A stretch of 64,000 bases of DNA from Occultella glacieicola (GCF_004353825.1 NZ_SMNA01000016.1:1-64000), one strand, 5' to 3'. Shown: positions 52,727-63,029, counted from the first letter of the stretch. Program-made: numbers and translations. Notes: generated by a model from the letters alone, not told the origin.

Positions 52727-53719
52727 ATGCCCGATCAACTCGAGATCGACAACCTCACCGTCTCGTTCGGTGCCGAGGGTGCGCCACCGGTCCTGGACGG
52801 AGTCTCGCTCGGTGTCGCGAAGGGCGAGGTGCTGGCGATCGTCGGCGAGTCGGGCTCCGGCAAGAGCATGACCGCTATGTCGGTCATGAAGCTGCTACCG
52901 CGCGGCGCCAGGATGAAGGCGGGCGGGATCCGATTCGATGGCGTTGACATCCTCGGCGCGGACGAGCGAACGATGAACCGGATCCGGGGCGACCGGGTCA
53001 GCATGCTCTTCCAGCAGCCGAAACGGATGCTCGATCCGACGGCGACGGTCGGTCGTCAGGTGGCCGAACCCCTGCGGCGATACGCGGGACTGAGTCGGCA
53101 CAAGGCGGCCGATCGAGTCATCGAACTCCTATCCGACGTGGGCATCGCCGAGCCGGAACGTCGAGCGAAGGCGTACGCCCACCAACTCTCCGGCGGGATC
53201 GCCCAGCGGGTCATGATCGCGATGGCCCTGGCCGGTGAGCCCGAGTTGCTGATCGCCGACGAGCCGACGACGGCACTGGACGTCACGGTCGAGGTGCAGG
53301 TGCTCCGGCTGATCGCGACCAAGCGCGCGGAGCTCGGGATGTCGGTTCTGTTCATCTCGCACGACCTCGGTGTGGTCTCCTCGCTCGCGGACCGGATCGC
53401 GGTGATGTACGCCGGCCGGATCGTCGAGGTCGGCACCACGGACCAGATCCTCCGGCAGCCACAGCACCCGTACACCCGGTCGCTCATCAAGTGCGCGACC
53501 CTCGCCCGGGAGCTCGACGGCTCGCTGTTCGTCATCCCCGGCGACGTGAGCTCGGCGCGGTCGATCACCAAGGGATGCCGGTTCATGCCGCGATGCCCCG
53601 TGGTCGAGGAGGCGCACCTGCACGACTCCTGTGACGCCGAGGAGCCGCCACTGTCCGGCTGCGCGAACGGCCAGGTCAGCCGGTGCTGGGCCACCATCGA
53701 GACACGGAGGTCGGCGTGA
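52727..53719 (+). CDS. Family-5 ABC ATPase
   Basis: [24 protein letters not shown]. Confidence 0.92.
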   Translation: MPDQLEIDNLTVSFGAEGAPPVLDGVSLGVAKGEVLAIVGESGSGKSMTAMSVMKLLPRGARMKAGGIRFDGVDILGADERTMNRIRGDRVSMLFQQPKRMLDPTATVGRQVAEPLRRYAGLSRHKAADRVIELLSDVGIAEPERRAKAYAHQLSGGIAQRVMIAMALAGEPELLIADEPTTALDVTVEVQVLRLIATKRAELGMSVLFISHDLGVVSSLADRIAVMYAGRIVEVGTTDQILRQPQHPYTRSLIKCATLARELDGSLFVIPGDVSSARSITKGCRFMPRCPVVEEAHLHDSCDAEEPPLSGCANGQVSRCWATIETRRSA

Positions 53720-54762
53720 GCACGCAAGTGGTCGGACAACGGACGGCCGCCGAGTCCGGGCACCACGACATGGTGGTCCTCGACAACGTCGTCAAGTACT
53801 TCACGTTGTCCCGGACATCCCTGTTCCACGCCCCCGATGCCGTCCACTCGGTCGACGGTGTTTCCCTTCGGATCGAGGCGGGTGGGGTGCTCGGCCTGGT
53901 CGGTGAGTCCGGATCGGGCAAGAGCACCCTCGCGCGCGTGATCCTGACCCTGCTACGGAGTACCTCGGGCACTGTGACCATCGACGGCGTCGATGTCACC
54001 AACCTCTCCCAGGGGGCGATGCGCCGTGTCCGTCGCACGGCCCAGATGGTTTTCCAGGATCCGCACGCCGCGATGGATCCACGCATGACGATCGGCGAGA
54101 GCATGACGTCGGTGCTGACCCAGCACGGCGTGGGAACGCGTGCCGAGCGCCGGGACCGAGTCTCGCTGGCGCTGAGTGAGGTCGGTCTCGACGACAGTTA
54201 CATCGACCGCTACCCCGGGGAGTGCTCGGGTGGCCAACTGCAGCGCGTCGGGATCGCTCGAGCGCTCCTGCTCGACCCGAAGGTGCTGATCTGTGACGAG
54301 CCGACCTCGGCCCTGGACGCCTCGGTCCAGGCACGCGTCCTGAACCTCCTCGACCGGATCAAGGACGAGCGTGAACTCACGATGATCATGATCTCCCATG
54401 ACCTGCGTGTGGTTCGCCATGTCGCGGACCGGGTCGCGGTCATGTACCTCGGGCAGATCGTGGAGGTTGCCGACCGCGAGAAGCTCTTCACCGGGGCCAG
54501 CCACCCCTACACGATCGCTCTGCTCGCGGCAGGCCTGGAGTCGGGACGGCGGCACGAGGCCACGGTGGTCGCAGCCGGTGAGCCACCGTCGCCGATCCAT
54601 CCGCCGGCCGGTTGCCGGTTCAACACCCGCTGCCCGCTCGCAACCGACCGGTGCCGGGAGGAGATGCCGGAGCTCCGCGAAGTCGGAGCCGACCACGAGG
54701 TGCGCTGCCACCGGTGGGAAGAGGCTCGCGGGTTGCTGTGCGCCGACGAGACGGCACCATGA
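53716..54762 (+). CDS. Family-5 ABC ATPase
   Basis: GESGSGKS, CSGGQLQR, DEPTSALD, GCRFNTRC. Confidence 0.92.
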   Translation: MSTQVVGQRTAAESGHHDMVVLDNVVKYFTLSRTSLFHAPDAVHSVDGVSLRIEAGGVLGLVGESGSGKSTLARVILTLLRSTSGTVTIDGVDVTNLSQGAMRRVRRTAQMVFQDPHAAMDPRMTIGESMTSVLTQHGVGTRAERRDRVSLALSEVGLDDSYIDRYPGECSGGQLQRVGIARALLLDPKVLICDEPTSALDASVQARVLNLLDRIKDERELTMIMISHDLRVVRHVADRVAVMYLGQIVEVADREKLFTGASHPYTIALLAAGLESGRRHEATVVAAGEPPSPIHPPAGCRFNTRCPLATDRCREEMPELREVGADHEVRCHRWEEARGLLCADETAP

Positions 54763-56234
54763 CCACGGCTCCCGTCCTGGTGCCGAGGCGCCAGGTCTGG
54801 ACCCCGCCGGGCGGCGCCTTCTGGGCCGGTGTGTGGCAGCCGGTCGGACGGCCGCTGGAGGTGCGTGATCCGGAGGACGGTGCGCTGGTCGGTGTGGTGA
54901 CGGACTCAACCGCTGCCGACGTCGCCGTCGCCGTGGATCACCTAGCCGCCCGCTGGGACCGGGTCGCCTGGCCGTTGTGGGCGCGACGTGCCGCTCTCGA
55001 GGAGACCGCCACCCGACTGACCGACCTCACGGAGACCTTCGTGAACCTGATCTCCACGGAGGGATGCAAGACGATCGCGGAGGCGCGCACGGAGGTGGCG
55101 CGCGCCGTCGAGACCCTGCATACGTCCGCCCGCGCCACGGCTGAGCTCGAAGGCGCGACCGTGCCCTTCCAGGACACCCGCCGCGGAGCGGGCTGGACAG
55201 GCTGGTACTCCAGGGAGCCGGTCGGTCTGGTCGCGGCGATCACACCGTTCAACGACCCGCTGAACCTCGTCGCGCACAAGCTCGGCCCGGCTCTGATCGC
55301 GGGCAACGGTGTGATACTCAAGCCGGCGCAGAGCACGCCGTTGACCGCTCTGGCGCTCGTGCAGATCCTCGTTGAGTCCGGCGTGCCTGGCGAGCGGCTT
55401 GCGGTGCTGGCTGGTCACCAGGCAGGTCCCGCGCTGGTGGCCGACCCGCGCATCGACGTCGTCTCGTTCACCGGCGGACCGGCAACCGCCGATCGGATCG
55501 CCGCCGGTGGCCGGGCCCGGCGCCTACTCATGGAACTCGGTGGCAACAACGCGCTGATCGCCTGTGCCGATGCTGACCCGGCGCGCGTCGCCGACGCGAT
55601 CGTCGGCGGGGCGTTCGGCACCGCGGGCCAGAGCTGCCTATCAGTGCAGCGTGCGTTCGTCGCGGACGCCATCTTCCCGGAAGTTCTCGAGCGGGTCGTC
55701 TCCGGCGCCCGGCGCGTCGTTGCCGGCAGCAAGAGGGATCCACACTCGGACATCGGACCGCTGATCACGACGGCGGAAGCGGTGCGAGTCCAGGCGTGGG
55801 TCGTGGAGGCTGTAGCGGGCGGGGCCGTGGTCCGTACCGGTGGGACCCGATCCGGGGCGTTCGTGACGCCCACCGTGCTCACGGACGTTCCGGTCGACGC
55901 GAGGATTCGTCGCGAGGAGGTGTTTGGCCCGATCGTCATGCTCGAGCCGTTCGACACCCTCGCTGACGCGATCGATTCGGCCAACGCTGTCGACACCGGG
56001 CTGCAGGCGGGGGTCTTCACGCGAGATATCGACACCGCGTTGACCGTCGCGCGGCGCCTGCGGGTGGGCGCGGTGATGATCAATGAGAGCTCGGACTTCC
56101 GCATCGACGCGATGCCGTTCGGCGGTTTCAAGCGGTCCGGCATCGGCCGGGAGGGCATCGCCGAGATGATCCGCGAACTGACCGAACCGAAGATCGTTGC
56201 AATCCGGGCGCCCGCGCCCGATCAGGAGAGTTGA
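54759..56234 (+). CDS. Aldehyde dehydrogenase
   Basis: ITPFN, FTGG, MELGGN, GQSC, EEVFGP, MPFGGFK. Confidence 0.92.
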   Translation: MTTAPVLVPRRQVWTPPGGAFWAGVWQPVGRPLEVRDPEDGALVGVVTDSTAADVAVAVDHLAARWDRVAWPLWARRAALEETATRLTDLTETFVNLISTEGCKTIAEARTEVARAVETLHTSARATAELEGATVPFQDTRRGAGWTGWYSREPVGLVAAITPFNDPLNLVAHKLGPALIAGNGVILKPAQSTPLTALALVQILVESGVPGERLAVLAGHQAGPALVADPRIDVVSFTGGPATADRIAAGGRARRLLMELGGNNALIACADADPARVADAIVGGAFGTAGQSCLSVQRAFVADAIFPEVLERVVSGARRVVAGSKRDPHSDIGPLITTAEAVRVQAWVVEAVAGGAVVRTGGTRSGAFVTPTVLTDVPVDARIRREEVFGPIVMLEPFDTLADAIDSANAVDTGLQAGVFTRDIDTALTVARRLRVGAVMINESSDFRIDAMPFGGFKRSGIGREGIAEMIRELTEPKIVAIRAPAPDQES

Positions 56235-56244
56235 GGAATACCTG

Positions 56245-57255
56245 GTGGACACCCATGGCGGGCACGATCACGGTCCCGCGGATCACGATGATGACGAGCA
56301 TGGCCGGGTGGGAGCCGGCCGGTCGAAACATGGCCATGGTCACGGGCACAACCACAGCCACGGGATGACCGCCACCGGGCGCCACCGCAAGCGTCTGATC
56401 GCCGTCCTGTGCATCACGGGATCGGTCATGGTCGCCCAGGCGGTCGGGGCCTGGATCTCCGGCTCGCTCGCGCTGCTCGCCGACGCAGGGCACATGCTGA
56501 CGGACTCGGCGGGCCTGGCGATCGCCCTGGTTGCGGCGTCGCTGGCCATGCGGCCGGCCACCGACGCGCGTACGTATGGCTGGCAGCGGGCCGAGGTGCT
56601 CGCGGCGCTCGCGAACGCGACGATTCTGTGTGCGGTAGGCGTCCTGGTCATCCGCGAAGCCTTCCTCCGCTGGAACACCGAACCCGAGATTCAGGGCGGC
56701 CTCATGCTCTGGGTCGCAGTCGGCGGGGCCGTCGCGAACGCCGTCTCGTTGATCATCCTGCTGCGAGCGAGCGGCGAGTCCCTGAACATGCGCGGGGCCT
56801 ACCTCGAGGTTCTCGGCGACCTGCTCGGCTCGATCGCCGTCATCGTCGCGGCCATCGTGATCCTGACGACAGGGTGGCTGCGCGCCGATGCGTTGGCCTC
56901 GTTCGCGATCGGGGTCCTGATCCTGCCCAGGGCGGTGTCACTGCTGCGGGACGTCGCCAGGGTCCTGATGGAGGCGACGCCGCAGGGAGTCGATCTCAGT
57001 GAGGTCAGGTCGCACATGGAGGCCCTGCCCGGCGTCGAGGAGGTGCACGATCTGCACGTCTGGACGATCACGTCGGGCGTCCCGGTGCTTTCGGCGCACG
57101 TGGTCCTCGACAGCGCCGAGGTAGATCGCGAGCTCGAGTGTGCGGCCCTGGACAGTCTGGCGGACTGCCTCCGCGGCCACTTCGACGTGGACCACTGCAC
57201 GTTCCAGATCGAGCCGCAGGGGCACGCCCACCATGAGCATGCACTGCATGCGTGA
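56245..57255 (+). CDS. CDF Zn/Co/Cd exporter (CzcD/ZitB-like)
   Basis: His-rich ends, ADAGHMLTD, TYGWQRAE, AYLEVLGD, VHDLHVW, HCTFQIE. Confidence 0.92.
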   Translation: MDTHGGHDHGPADHDDDEHGRVGAGRSKHGHGHGHNHSHGMTATGRHRKRLIAVLCITGSVMVAQAVGAWISGSLALLADAGHMLTDSAGLAIALVAASLAMRPATDARTYGWQRAEVLAALANATILCAVGVLVIREAFLRWNTEPEIQGGLMLWVAVGGAVANAVSLIILLRASGESLNMRGAYLEVLGDLLGSIAVIVAAIVILTTGWLRADALASFAIGVLILPRAVSLLRDVARVLMEATPQGVDLSEVRSHMEALPGVEEVHDLHVWTITSGVPVLSAHVVLDSAEVDRELECAALDSLADCLRGHFDVDHCTFQIEPQGHAHHEHALHA

Positions 57256-57311
57256 GTTCGCGGCCGGCGCCCGAGATGCGGTCCGGACGCCTCGCTCCGA
57301 CTTGCCGGCGC

Positions 57312-57328
57312 ATACCCCCTAGGGGTAT
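57312..57328. promoter_or_regulatory. CsoR-type operator ATACCCC-CTA-GGGGTAT
   Basis: Palindrome with C/G tracts, 55 bp upstream of copZ. Confidence 0.7.
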
Positions 57329-57383
57329 CGTGATCCACGATGACATACATCCAAGCCGTATGTCCGAGCGAGAGGGAGATCTG

Positions 57384-57593
57384 ATGTCGACTGCCGTATT
57401 CGAGGTGACGGGTCTGCACTGCAGCAGCTGTGCCGGGAAGGTGTCGAGCGCCGTCAACACGGTCGACGGCGTCACGGGGGTGGAGCTCGACCTCGCCACC
57501 GGTCGGCTCTCGGTCACGTCCGGGGCGCCGATCGACGACAGCGCCATTGTGGCCGTGGTCACCGAGGCCGGCTACCAGGTCGCGCCCGCCTGA
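57384..57593 (+). CDS. copZ: Heavy-metal-associated (HMA) copper chaperone
   Basis: GLHCSSC and EAGY motifs, 69 aa, GAGGGAG RBS. Confidence 0.85.
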   Translation: MSTAVFEVTGLHCSSCAGKVSSAVNTVDGVTGVELDLATGRLSVTSGAPIDDSAIVAVVTEAGYQVAPA

Positions 57594-58863
57594 GCACGCC
57601 CGCGCCCGGCGCGCCGTGCGGGCCGGAGCAGGACGCGCCCGTGGTCAGAGGGGACTGTTGCCGGAGCGAGCGTGACTCGACCGCGGGGTGCCGCAGCCGA
57701 CGCTCCAGCGCGGTGCCGACGCTCACGCCCGCCACGGCGAGGCCGCACGTCACGAGCGTCGCCTCGGGGCCGAAGGTCGCGATCACCGCGCCACCCGCGA
57801 TCAGTCCGACAGCCAGTGTGGATTCAAGCACCACGGCCTGCCCGGTGAACGCGGCGCGTCGCTCGGCGCCCTGGCTGCCGCGCGAGAGTTCGGTCACGGT
57901 CGCGGTGGCGCCGAACGCCATGAATACCCCGCCGCAGGCCGAGACGACCGAGACCGCCAGGTAGGACGAGGTCCCAACCGCGCCGAGGCCGGCGAAGCAC
58001 AGGCCCAGACCGACGAATGACACCAGCATCGTCGCGTAGAGCGGCAGTCGGCGGACGGCAGCCACGGCGACGCCGGCACCGACGATGGTGCCCAGCCCGT
58101 AGCCGCCGTTGGCTGCGGTCAGCAGGAGCCCCGGCTCCCCGGTCGCGTCGCCCATCACGACCAGTCCGAGGCTGAAGGAGAACCAGAGCAGGCTCAGCGT
58201 CCCCCGCATGATCAGTCCGCGGACCAGATCCGGCTGCCTCCGGATCACCGCGAGGATGCTCCGGCCGACGCTCTTCGGCTCGTGGCGCATCGGCGAGTAC
58301 GGCACGAGGAGCAGGGCCACGGCCGCTGTGCCGAGCGCGGCGGCCTCCAGCCACAACAGCGGTGCGGCCCCGACGAACTGCACGCCGAGGGCGCCGAGGG
58401 TCGGGCCCAGTGCCACCGTGATGCGCCGGGTGAGCTCGCGCGTCGCCATCATCCGGACCGATCCGCCAGGTGATATCGCGTCGGCGAAGTCGGCCAGCAG
58501 ACTGTCCTGGCCGGGGCCGCCGAGCGCGGCAGCGGCACCGACGACCAGTCCGCTTGCGGCGAGTGACCAGAGTTCGAGTTCGCCGACGAGCATACTCACG
58601 GGAACGATCAGCACGCCGAGCGCCTGGACCAGGACAACGAGGGCCAGGGCCCGTCCGCCGTCGATCCGCCTCCGTAGCGCCCGGGCCCACCAGGGTGACG
58701 TCAGCATCGGGATGCCGATCATGCCGCCCACGAGTCCCGTGGCAGCCACGGAGCCCGTGCCCTGAAGGGCCACCAACGGCAGGGCGAGTGCCGAGACGCG
58801 CGCGCCGATCTCGGTCAGGAAGGACGTCGCCAGGATCGTGACGGCTGCCGTTGTATGCCTCAT
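57559..58863 (-). CDS. MFS transporter
   Basis: About 12 hydrophobic segments; divergent from LysR. Confidence 0.8.
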   Translation of the reverse strand: MRHTTAAVTILATSFLTEIGARVSALALPLVALQGTGSVAATGLVGGMIGIPMLTSPWWARALRRRIDGGRALALVVLVQALGVLIVPVSMLVGELELWSLAASGLVVGAAAALGGPGQDSLLADFADAISPGGSVRMMATRELTRRITVALGPTLGALGVQFVGAAPLLWLEAAALGTAAVALLLVPYSPMRHEPKSVGRSILAVIRRQPDLVRGLIMRGTLSLLWFSFSLGLVVMGDATGEPGLLLTAANGGYGLGTIVGAGVAVAAVRRLPLYATMLVSFVGLGLCFAGLGAVGTSSYLAVSVVSACGGVFMAFGATATVTELSRGSQGAERRAAFTGQAVVLESTLAVGLIAGGAVIATFGPEATLVTCGLAVAGVSVGTALERRLRHPAVESRSLRQQSPLTTGASCSGPHGAPGAGVLRRARPGSRPR

Positions 58864-58923
58864 CGTCCACGATCATGCTGCGTAGTTCCCTGCCGCGGTA
58901 GCCATCGGACTGCACCGATCGGT

Positions 58924-58940
58924 CATAGGCTGGATCTATG
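58924..58940. promoter_or_regulatory. LysR box CATAG-N7-CTATG over the lysR start
   Basis: T-N11-A dyad in the MFS/LysR divergent spacer. Confidence 0.6.
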
Positions 58941-59834
58941 AGGGAGTTCCTGTCGATCGATGACCTGCGGTTGGTCCGGGAGGTAGCTCGTCGGGGTTCG
59001 GTCGGGGCGGCCGCCGCCCGTCTCGGCGTCAGTCAGCCGACCGCGAGCCAGCGGCTCGCGGCACTCGAGCGTCGAAGCGGCCTGCGGCTGTTCCAACGTG
59101 ACACCACGGGTGCCAGACCGACGCTCGCCGGCCGCGAGCTCGCGGACCAGGCCGATCGGATCCTCGGCTCGATCGACTCCCTCCCGGAACTGATGCGGGC
59201 GACGGAGGGGCGGTCCTCACGCACGATCGGGACAGTTGCCTCGTTGGCGGCGGTGCTCTACCCCGCCCTCGAACTGCTTCTCCCGGAACTAGCCGTCCAC
59301 CAGGTGACCGATCACGGACCGGCTCTGGTCGATGCCGTCGCCGACGGCTCGATGGACGCGGCCTTCATCGGCGTCCCGATGCAGACCGCGCTGCCGGCTG
59401 GCCTGTCCGTCACGGTCTTCCACCGCGACGACCTCAGCATCCTCCGACCTGCCGACGCGGCGTCGCTCGGCACCGGACGCCAGCCGTACGCGGGACGGAC
59501 GGTCTTCGCCTACACCTACGACCCTGCTCTGCACGAGTCGCTCAGCACGATCGCCGCACTCGGTGGCCGGCCCCGACGGGCCGCGACCGCCGAGACAGCG
59601 GTGACCCTGGCCCGGGTCCGGGGGGAACTCGCCTTGCTCCCGGCCAGTCTCGCCCACCGGAACCTGCGCGGACTCGATGAGGTCCTGCCAGCGCCGCGGC
59701 GCCGTCGTGTGCAACTCGCGATGGTGACGCGTCGCCCAGGGCCGCAGGCCCTGGTCGAGGTGCTGCCGGAGCTCGGCGAGGTGCTGAAGCACCCACACCT
59801 ACCGGATCCGCCGACTGCGGCCGTGCCGGTATGA
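58938..59834 (+). CDS. LysR-family regulator
   Basis: GSVGAAAARLGVSQPTASQRLAALE, LFQR, PTLAG. Confidence 0.9.
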   Translation: MREFLSIDDLRLVREVARRGSVGAAAARLGVSQPTASQRLAALERRSGLRLFQRDTTGARPTLAGRELADQADRILGSIDSLPELMRATEGRSSRTIGTVASLAAVLYPALELLLPELAVHQVTDHGPALVDAVADGSMDAAFIGVPMQTALPAGLSVTVFHRDDLSILRPADAASLGTGRQPYAGRTVFAYTYDPALHESLSTIAALGGRPRRAATAETAVTLARVRGELALLPASLAHRNLRGLDEVLPAPRRRRVQLAMVTRRPGPQALVEVLPELGEVLKHPHLPDPPTAAVPV

Positions 59835-59896
59835 GAGAACCGCGCGCACGGATCAGGGGTGCTACCGGCGTGCTGGCGGTGCGTCGGCGAACCCGG

Positions 59897-60286
59897 CTAC
59901 GCACCGCCCTTGCGGTACGCGATCTTCTTGGAGACGAGTCCGTCACGGAACTCGTAGAAGTCCGCGCCGTGGACGGTGCTGGTGGTGCCGTCCTCGGCCG
60001 TCGAGGTTGAGGTCCACTCGGAGAAACCACGGTTGCCGATCGTGAACCGCTCGCCGTAGACGTGGTTCGCATGGCCGGGTTGACCAACGCCCATCTCGAT
60101 CAGCGCAGCCCGGATCTCGTCGTGACCGACGTATCGCCTTCCCCATGGCTCGGGGCCGAAGGACGCCTCGTAGAGACCGTCCGCGGTCATACCGGTGACG
60201 ATCCCTTCGACGTCCCCGTCGGACCAGGCCTGTTGGTATCGGCCGAAGTCCTCGTCGTTGACCTCACCCTGTGGGTTCTCGGGCAT
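59897..60286 (-). CDS. NTF2/SnoaL-like protein
   Basis: AWSDGD, GHDEIR, GADFYEFRDG; AAGGAG RBS. Confidence 0.85.
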   Translation of the reverse strand: MPENPQGEVNDEDFGRYQQAWSDGDVEGIVTGMTADGLYEASFGPEPWGRRYVGHDEIRAALIEMGVGQPGHANHVYGERFTIGNRGFSEWTSTSTAEDGTTSTVHGADFYEFRDGLVSKKIAYRKGGA

Positions 60287-60335
60287 GTGCTCCTTCTCCT
60301 TCGTCGGTGTTCGTGCAGGTAGGGATGTGAGGGGA

Positions 60336-61004
60336 TCAGACGCCGAGGATCCGGACGACCTCGTCGAGCGAAGCGACGTCGTAGTGGTGGTAGAAGGGGG
60401 CCGCGGGCTCCCACCCGCGGTTGAGGTACACGGTGTTCTTGACGCCGAGGTCGGTCGCCGGCTGGAGGTCGTAGCGTGGGCTGGAGGAGACGTGCATGAC
60501 CTCCTCGGGCAAGCAGCCGAGCTGGGCGAACATGTACTCGAACGCCTGCAGGCGAGGCTTGTAGGCCTGAGCCTGCTCGGCGGAGAACGCCCGGTGGAAC
60601 GGTGCGCCGAGTTTCTCCACGTTCCGGCCGATCTGGCTGTCCGCGGCGTTCGAGAGGATCACCAAGGGAAACCTGCTGGCGAGTTTCGCAAGCGGAACGG
60701 GGATGTCCGGGTGTGGGCCCCAGTTCGGGATGTCGCCGAAGATGGCGGACGAGTGCTCCGGTAGGTAGGGCGCACCGGTCCTACGGCAGGTCCGCTGGTA
60801 GGCGCGGTCGATCACCACGTCGTACGGGCGCCAGTCGCCCATGACCTCGTCCATGCGGTAATAGCTGAACACCTCGAGGAATTTGCCGATGAGGTCCGGT
60901 CCGATGATGTCCTTCGTCACGTCCTTGGTAATCGTACTCATCTGGAAGTCGGTCAACGTGCCGTACATGTCGAAGGTGATGAACTTGGGCTCCGGCGTGT
61001 TCAT
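60336..61004 (-). CDS. Second HAD type II-like hydrolase (paralogue of 48084-48758)
   Basis: FDMYGTL, WGPHPD, PLVILSNA, AYKPR. Confidence 0.9.
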   Translation of the reverse strand: MNTPEPKFITFDMYGTLTDFQMSTITKDVTKDIIGPDLIGKFLEVFSYYRMDEVMGDWRPYDVVIDRAYQRTCRRTGAPYLPEHSSAIFGDIPNWGPHPDIPVPLAKLASRFPLVILSNAADSQIGRNVEKLGAPFHRAFSAEQAQAYKPRLQAFEYMFAQLGCLPEEVMHVSSSPRYDLQPATDLGVKNTVYLNRGWEPAAPFYHHYDVASLDEVVRILGV

Positions 61005-61083
61005 CTCAAGGCTCCGAATCGTGACATTTCGATGTGCGTGGGTGCGGTGCGGTCCAGCAAGGCAATGCTCCGATCGGAGTGAG

Positions 61084-61123
61084 GACGGCATGCCCGACAT
61101 TCGACTCGGCCGAGCATGCCGTC
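61084..61123 (-). terminator. Intercistronic stem-loop after the solute-binding protein gene
   Basis: GACGGCATGC/GCATGCCGTC inverted repeat, extendable to about 15 bp with G-U pairs on the minus strand. Confidence 0.55.
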
Positions 61124-61161
61124 ACATTGTTTGACTGTCGGTGGGAGTTCTCCGGGTCGAT

Positions 61162-62724
61162 CTATTCGGAGATCGACAGGGCCGTCGTGAACACGTATTG
61201 GTCGAGTAGGTTCGGTACGAATCCCTCGACGGCGTTGGTGTGGGCGTAGGTTGCGGTTTCGTGCACGATGTAGACGGTGACAGCATGCTCCTGCAGATAG
61301 GTGGCGATGTCGGCGTAGGCTGCGTATCGCTCCTCGTCGTCAAAGGTGCTGGCGGCGTCCGCGATCATCGTGTCGACCTCGGGATCACAGAACTGCGAGA
61401 TGTTGAACCCGCCCTCGCAGGTGTAGTCGGAACTCAGCATGCCGCCCGGGTCAGGCAGATCGGTCAGGGCGTTGCGGGAGAGGAGGGTGGCGCCATAGTC
61501 GCCGGCGAGGAGGTTTGCCTCGATGGCGGCGTAGTCCGGCGTGGTGATCGAGACCGTGATGCCGATCTCCGCAAGTTGGGACTGGATGACCGCTGCCAGG
61601 TTCGCGAACTCGGGCCGGCTGGTGTAGGCGATGAGTTCGAAGTCGAGGGAGGCCGGGTCGATGCCGGCGTCCTCGAGGATCGCGGTCGCGGCGGCGGGGT
61701 CGCCGCCGAGGGCGCCGGCGCCTTCGGGGGCCCAGGGTGCCGACGGCGCGAACGGGCCGACGGCGGGGGTCGCCGCGCTCTCGTAGACGGAGCCGGCGAT
61801 CGCCTCCAGGTCGAGGGCGGCCTGCACGGCCAGTCGTGCGGCCTCGTCGGCGAACGGGCCGGTCTCGGTGTTGAAGTACAACCCTGTGGTCCGAGCGGTC
61901 TCGTTGGTGGAGACGGTCACGTCCGGGTTCGGCTCGAGCAGGGCGATGTCGGTCACCGGCACTGACGAGGCGATGTCCACCTCGCCCGTCTCGAGCTGGG
62001 TCGTCCGGGTCGCGCCGTCGGGCAGGATCGAGATCGTGCCGCCGGTCAGAGCGACCTCGCCGCCCCAATAGTTCTCGTTGCGGATGATCTCCAGACCCGT
62101 GTCGTAGTTGACGTCGACGATCTCGAACGGCCCGGTGCAGGTGCCCACCACGTCGATCTGTGCGCCTGTGAATGCCGCCTCCGCAAGGATCCCGGCCGAG
62201 GGTGTGCTCAGCCGCAGAGGCAGCAGAGGATCCGGGACCGGCGTGGTGACCAGTACCGTCCCGTCCTCGCCGGCCTCGATGGCGGTCACCGTCGAGGGGT
62301 TGAACGACCGGGCTGCGGTGTCCGACTCGAGGGTGTGGGTCAGCGCGTTGGCGACTGCCTCGGGTGTCAGGTCGGTGCCATCCTGGAACTGAACACCCTC
62401 GCGGATCGTGAACGACCAGGTCAGATCGTCGACCTGTGACCACTCGGTGGCGAGGGACGGTTCCAGCTCGCCCGACTCGGTGTAACGGGCGAGCGGTTCG
62501 AGACAGCCGGCGCGGGTGAGGATGAAGGCATCGTCGGTGCCCAGCGCGAAGCTGGCGTCGATGGTCAGCCACTCTGCGAGGGTGATGTGGCCGCCGGCGT
62601 CGCCGCCGGAGCCGCCGGGCTCGTCTCCTCCGGTTCCACCACCGGAACCATCGTCGAAACTACATGCGCCGAGCGCCAGCGTGACAGCGACTATGCCGCT
62701 GAGGCGGGGAATCGAACGTCTCAT
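61162..62724 (-). CDS. Family-5 ABC solute-binding lipoprotein (NikA/DppA-like)
   Basis: LGAC lipobox, PSLATEW, FQDGTDLT, GTCTGPF, NENYWG. Confidence 0.9.
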   Translation of the reverse strand: MRRSIPRLSGIVAVTLALGACSFDDGSGGGTGGDEPGGSGGDAGGHITLAEWLTIDASFALGTDDAFILTRAGCLEPLARYTESGELEPSLATEWSQVDDLTWSFTIREGVQFQDGTDLTPEAVANALTHTLESDTAARSFNPSTVTAIEAGEDGTVLVTTPVPDPLLPLRLSTPSAGILAEAAFTGAQIDVVGTCTGPFEIVDVNYDTGLEIIRNENYWGGEVALTGGTISILPDGATRTTQLETGEVDIASSVPVTDIALLEPNPDVTVSTNETARTTGLYFNTETGPFADEAARLAVQAALDLEAIAGSVYESAATPAVGPFAPSAPWAPEGAGALGGDPAAATAILEDAGIDPASLDFELIAYTSRPEFANLAAVIQSQLAEIGITVSITTPDYAAIEANLLAGDYGATLLSRNALTDLPDPGGMLSSDYTCEGGFNISQFCDPEVDTMIADAASTFDDEERYAAYADIATYLQEHAVTVYIVHETATYAHTNAVEGFVPNLLDQYVFTTALSISE

Positions 62725-63029
62725 CGAAGGTGCTCCTGTCGTATCTGGAAACGGCTCACCGTGAAGCCGCGAGTCATCAACTTGGTGGTCATACGGTCAC
62801 GCCCGGTGACGGAGCGTTGTCCGCCAGTCCACGAAATTGTGCTACAGGTGCCTGTCGACGGGTGAGGTGCTTCAGTTGATTACCATTCCGACCGACAGAA
62901 TGCTCACTGGAGTCCTGGTGCCTCTCGTACTGATAACGACATTGTTACAAACTCGGTCCGGTCCTCCGAGTAACCTGCACCAGGACGAATCTCAAAGGTG
63001 TGAACGGTTCCCCCTATCGAATCCTGCTG

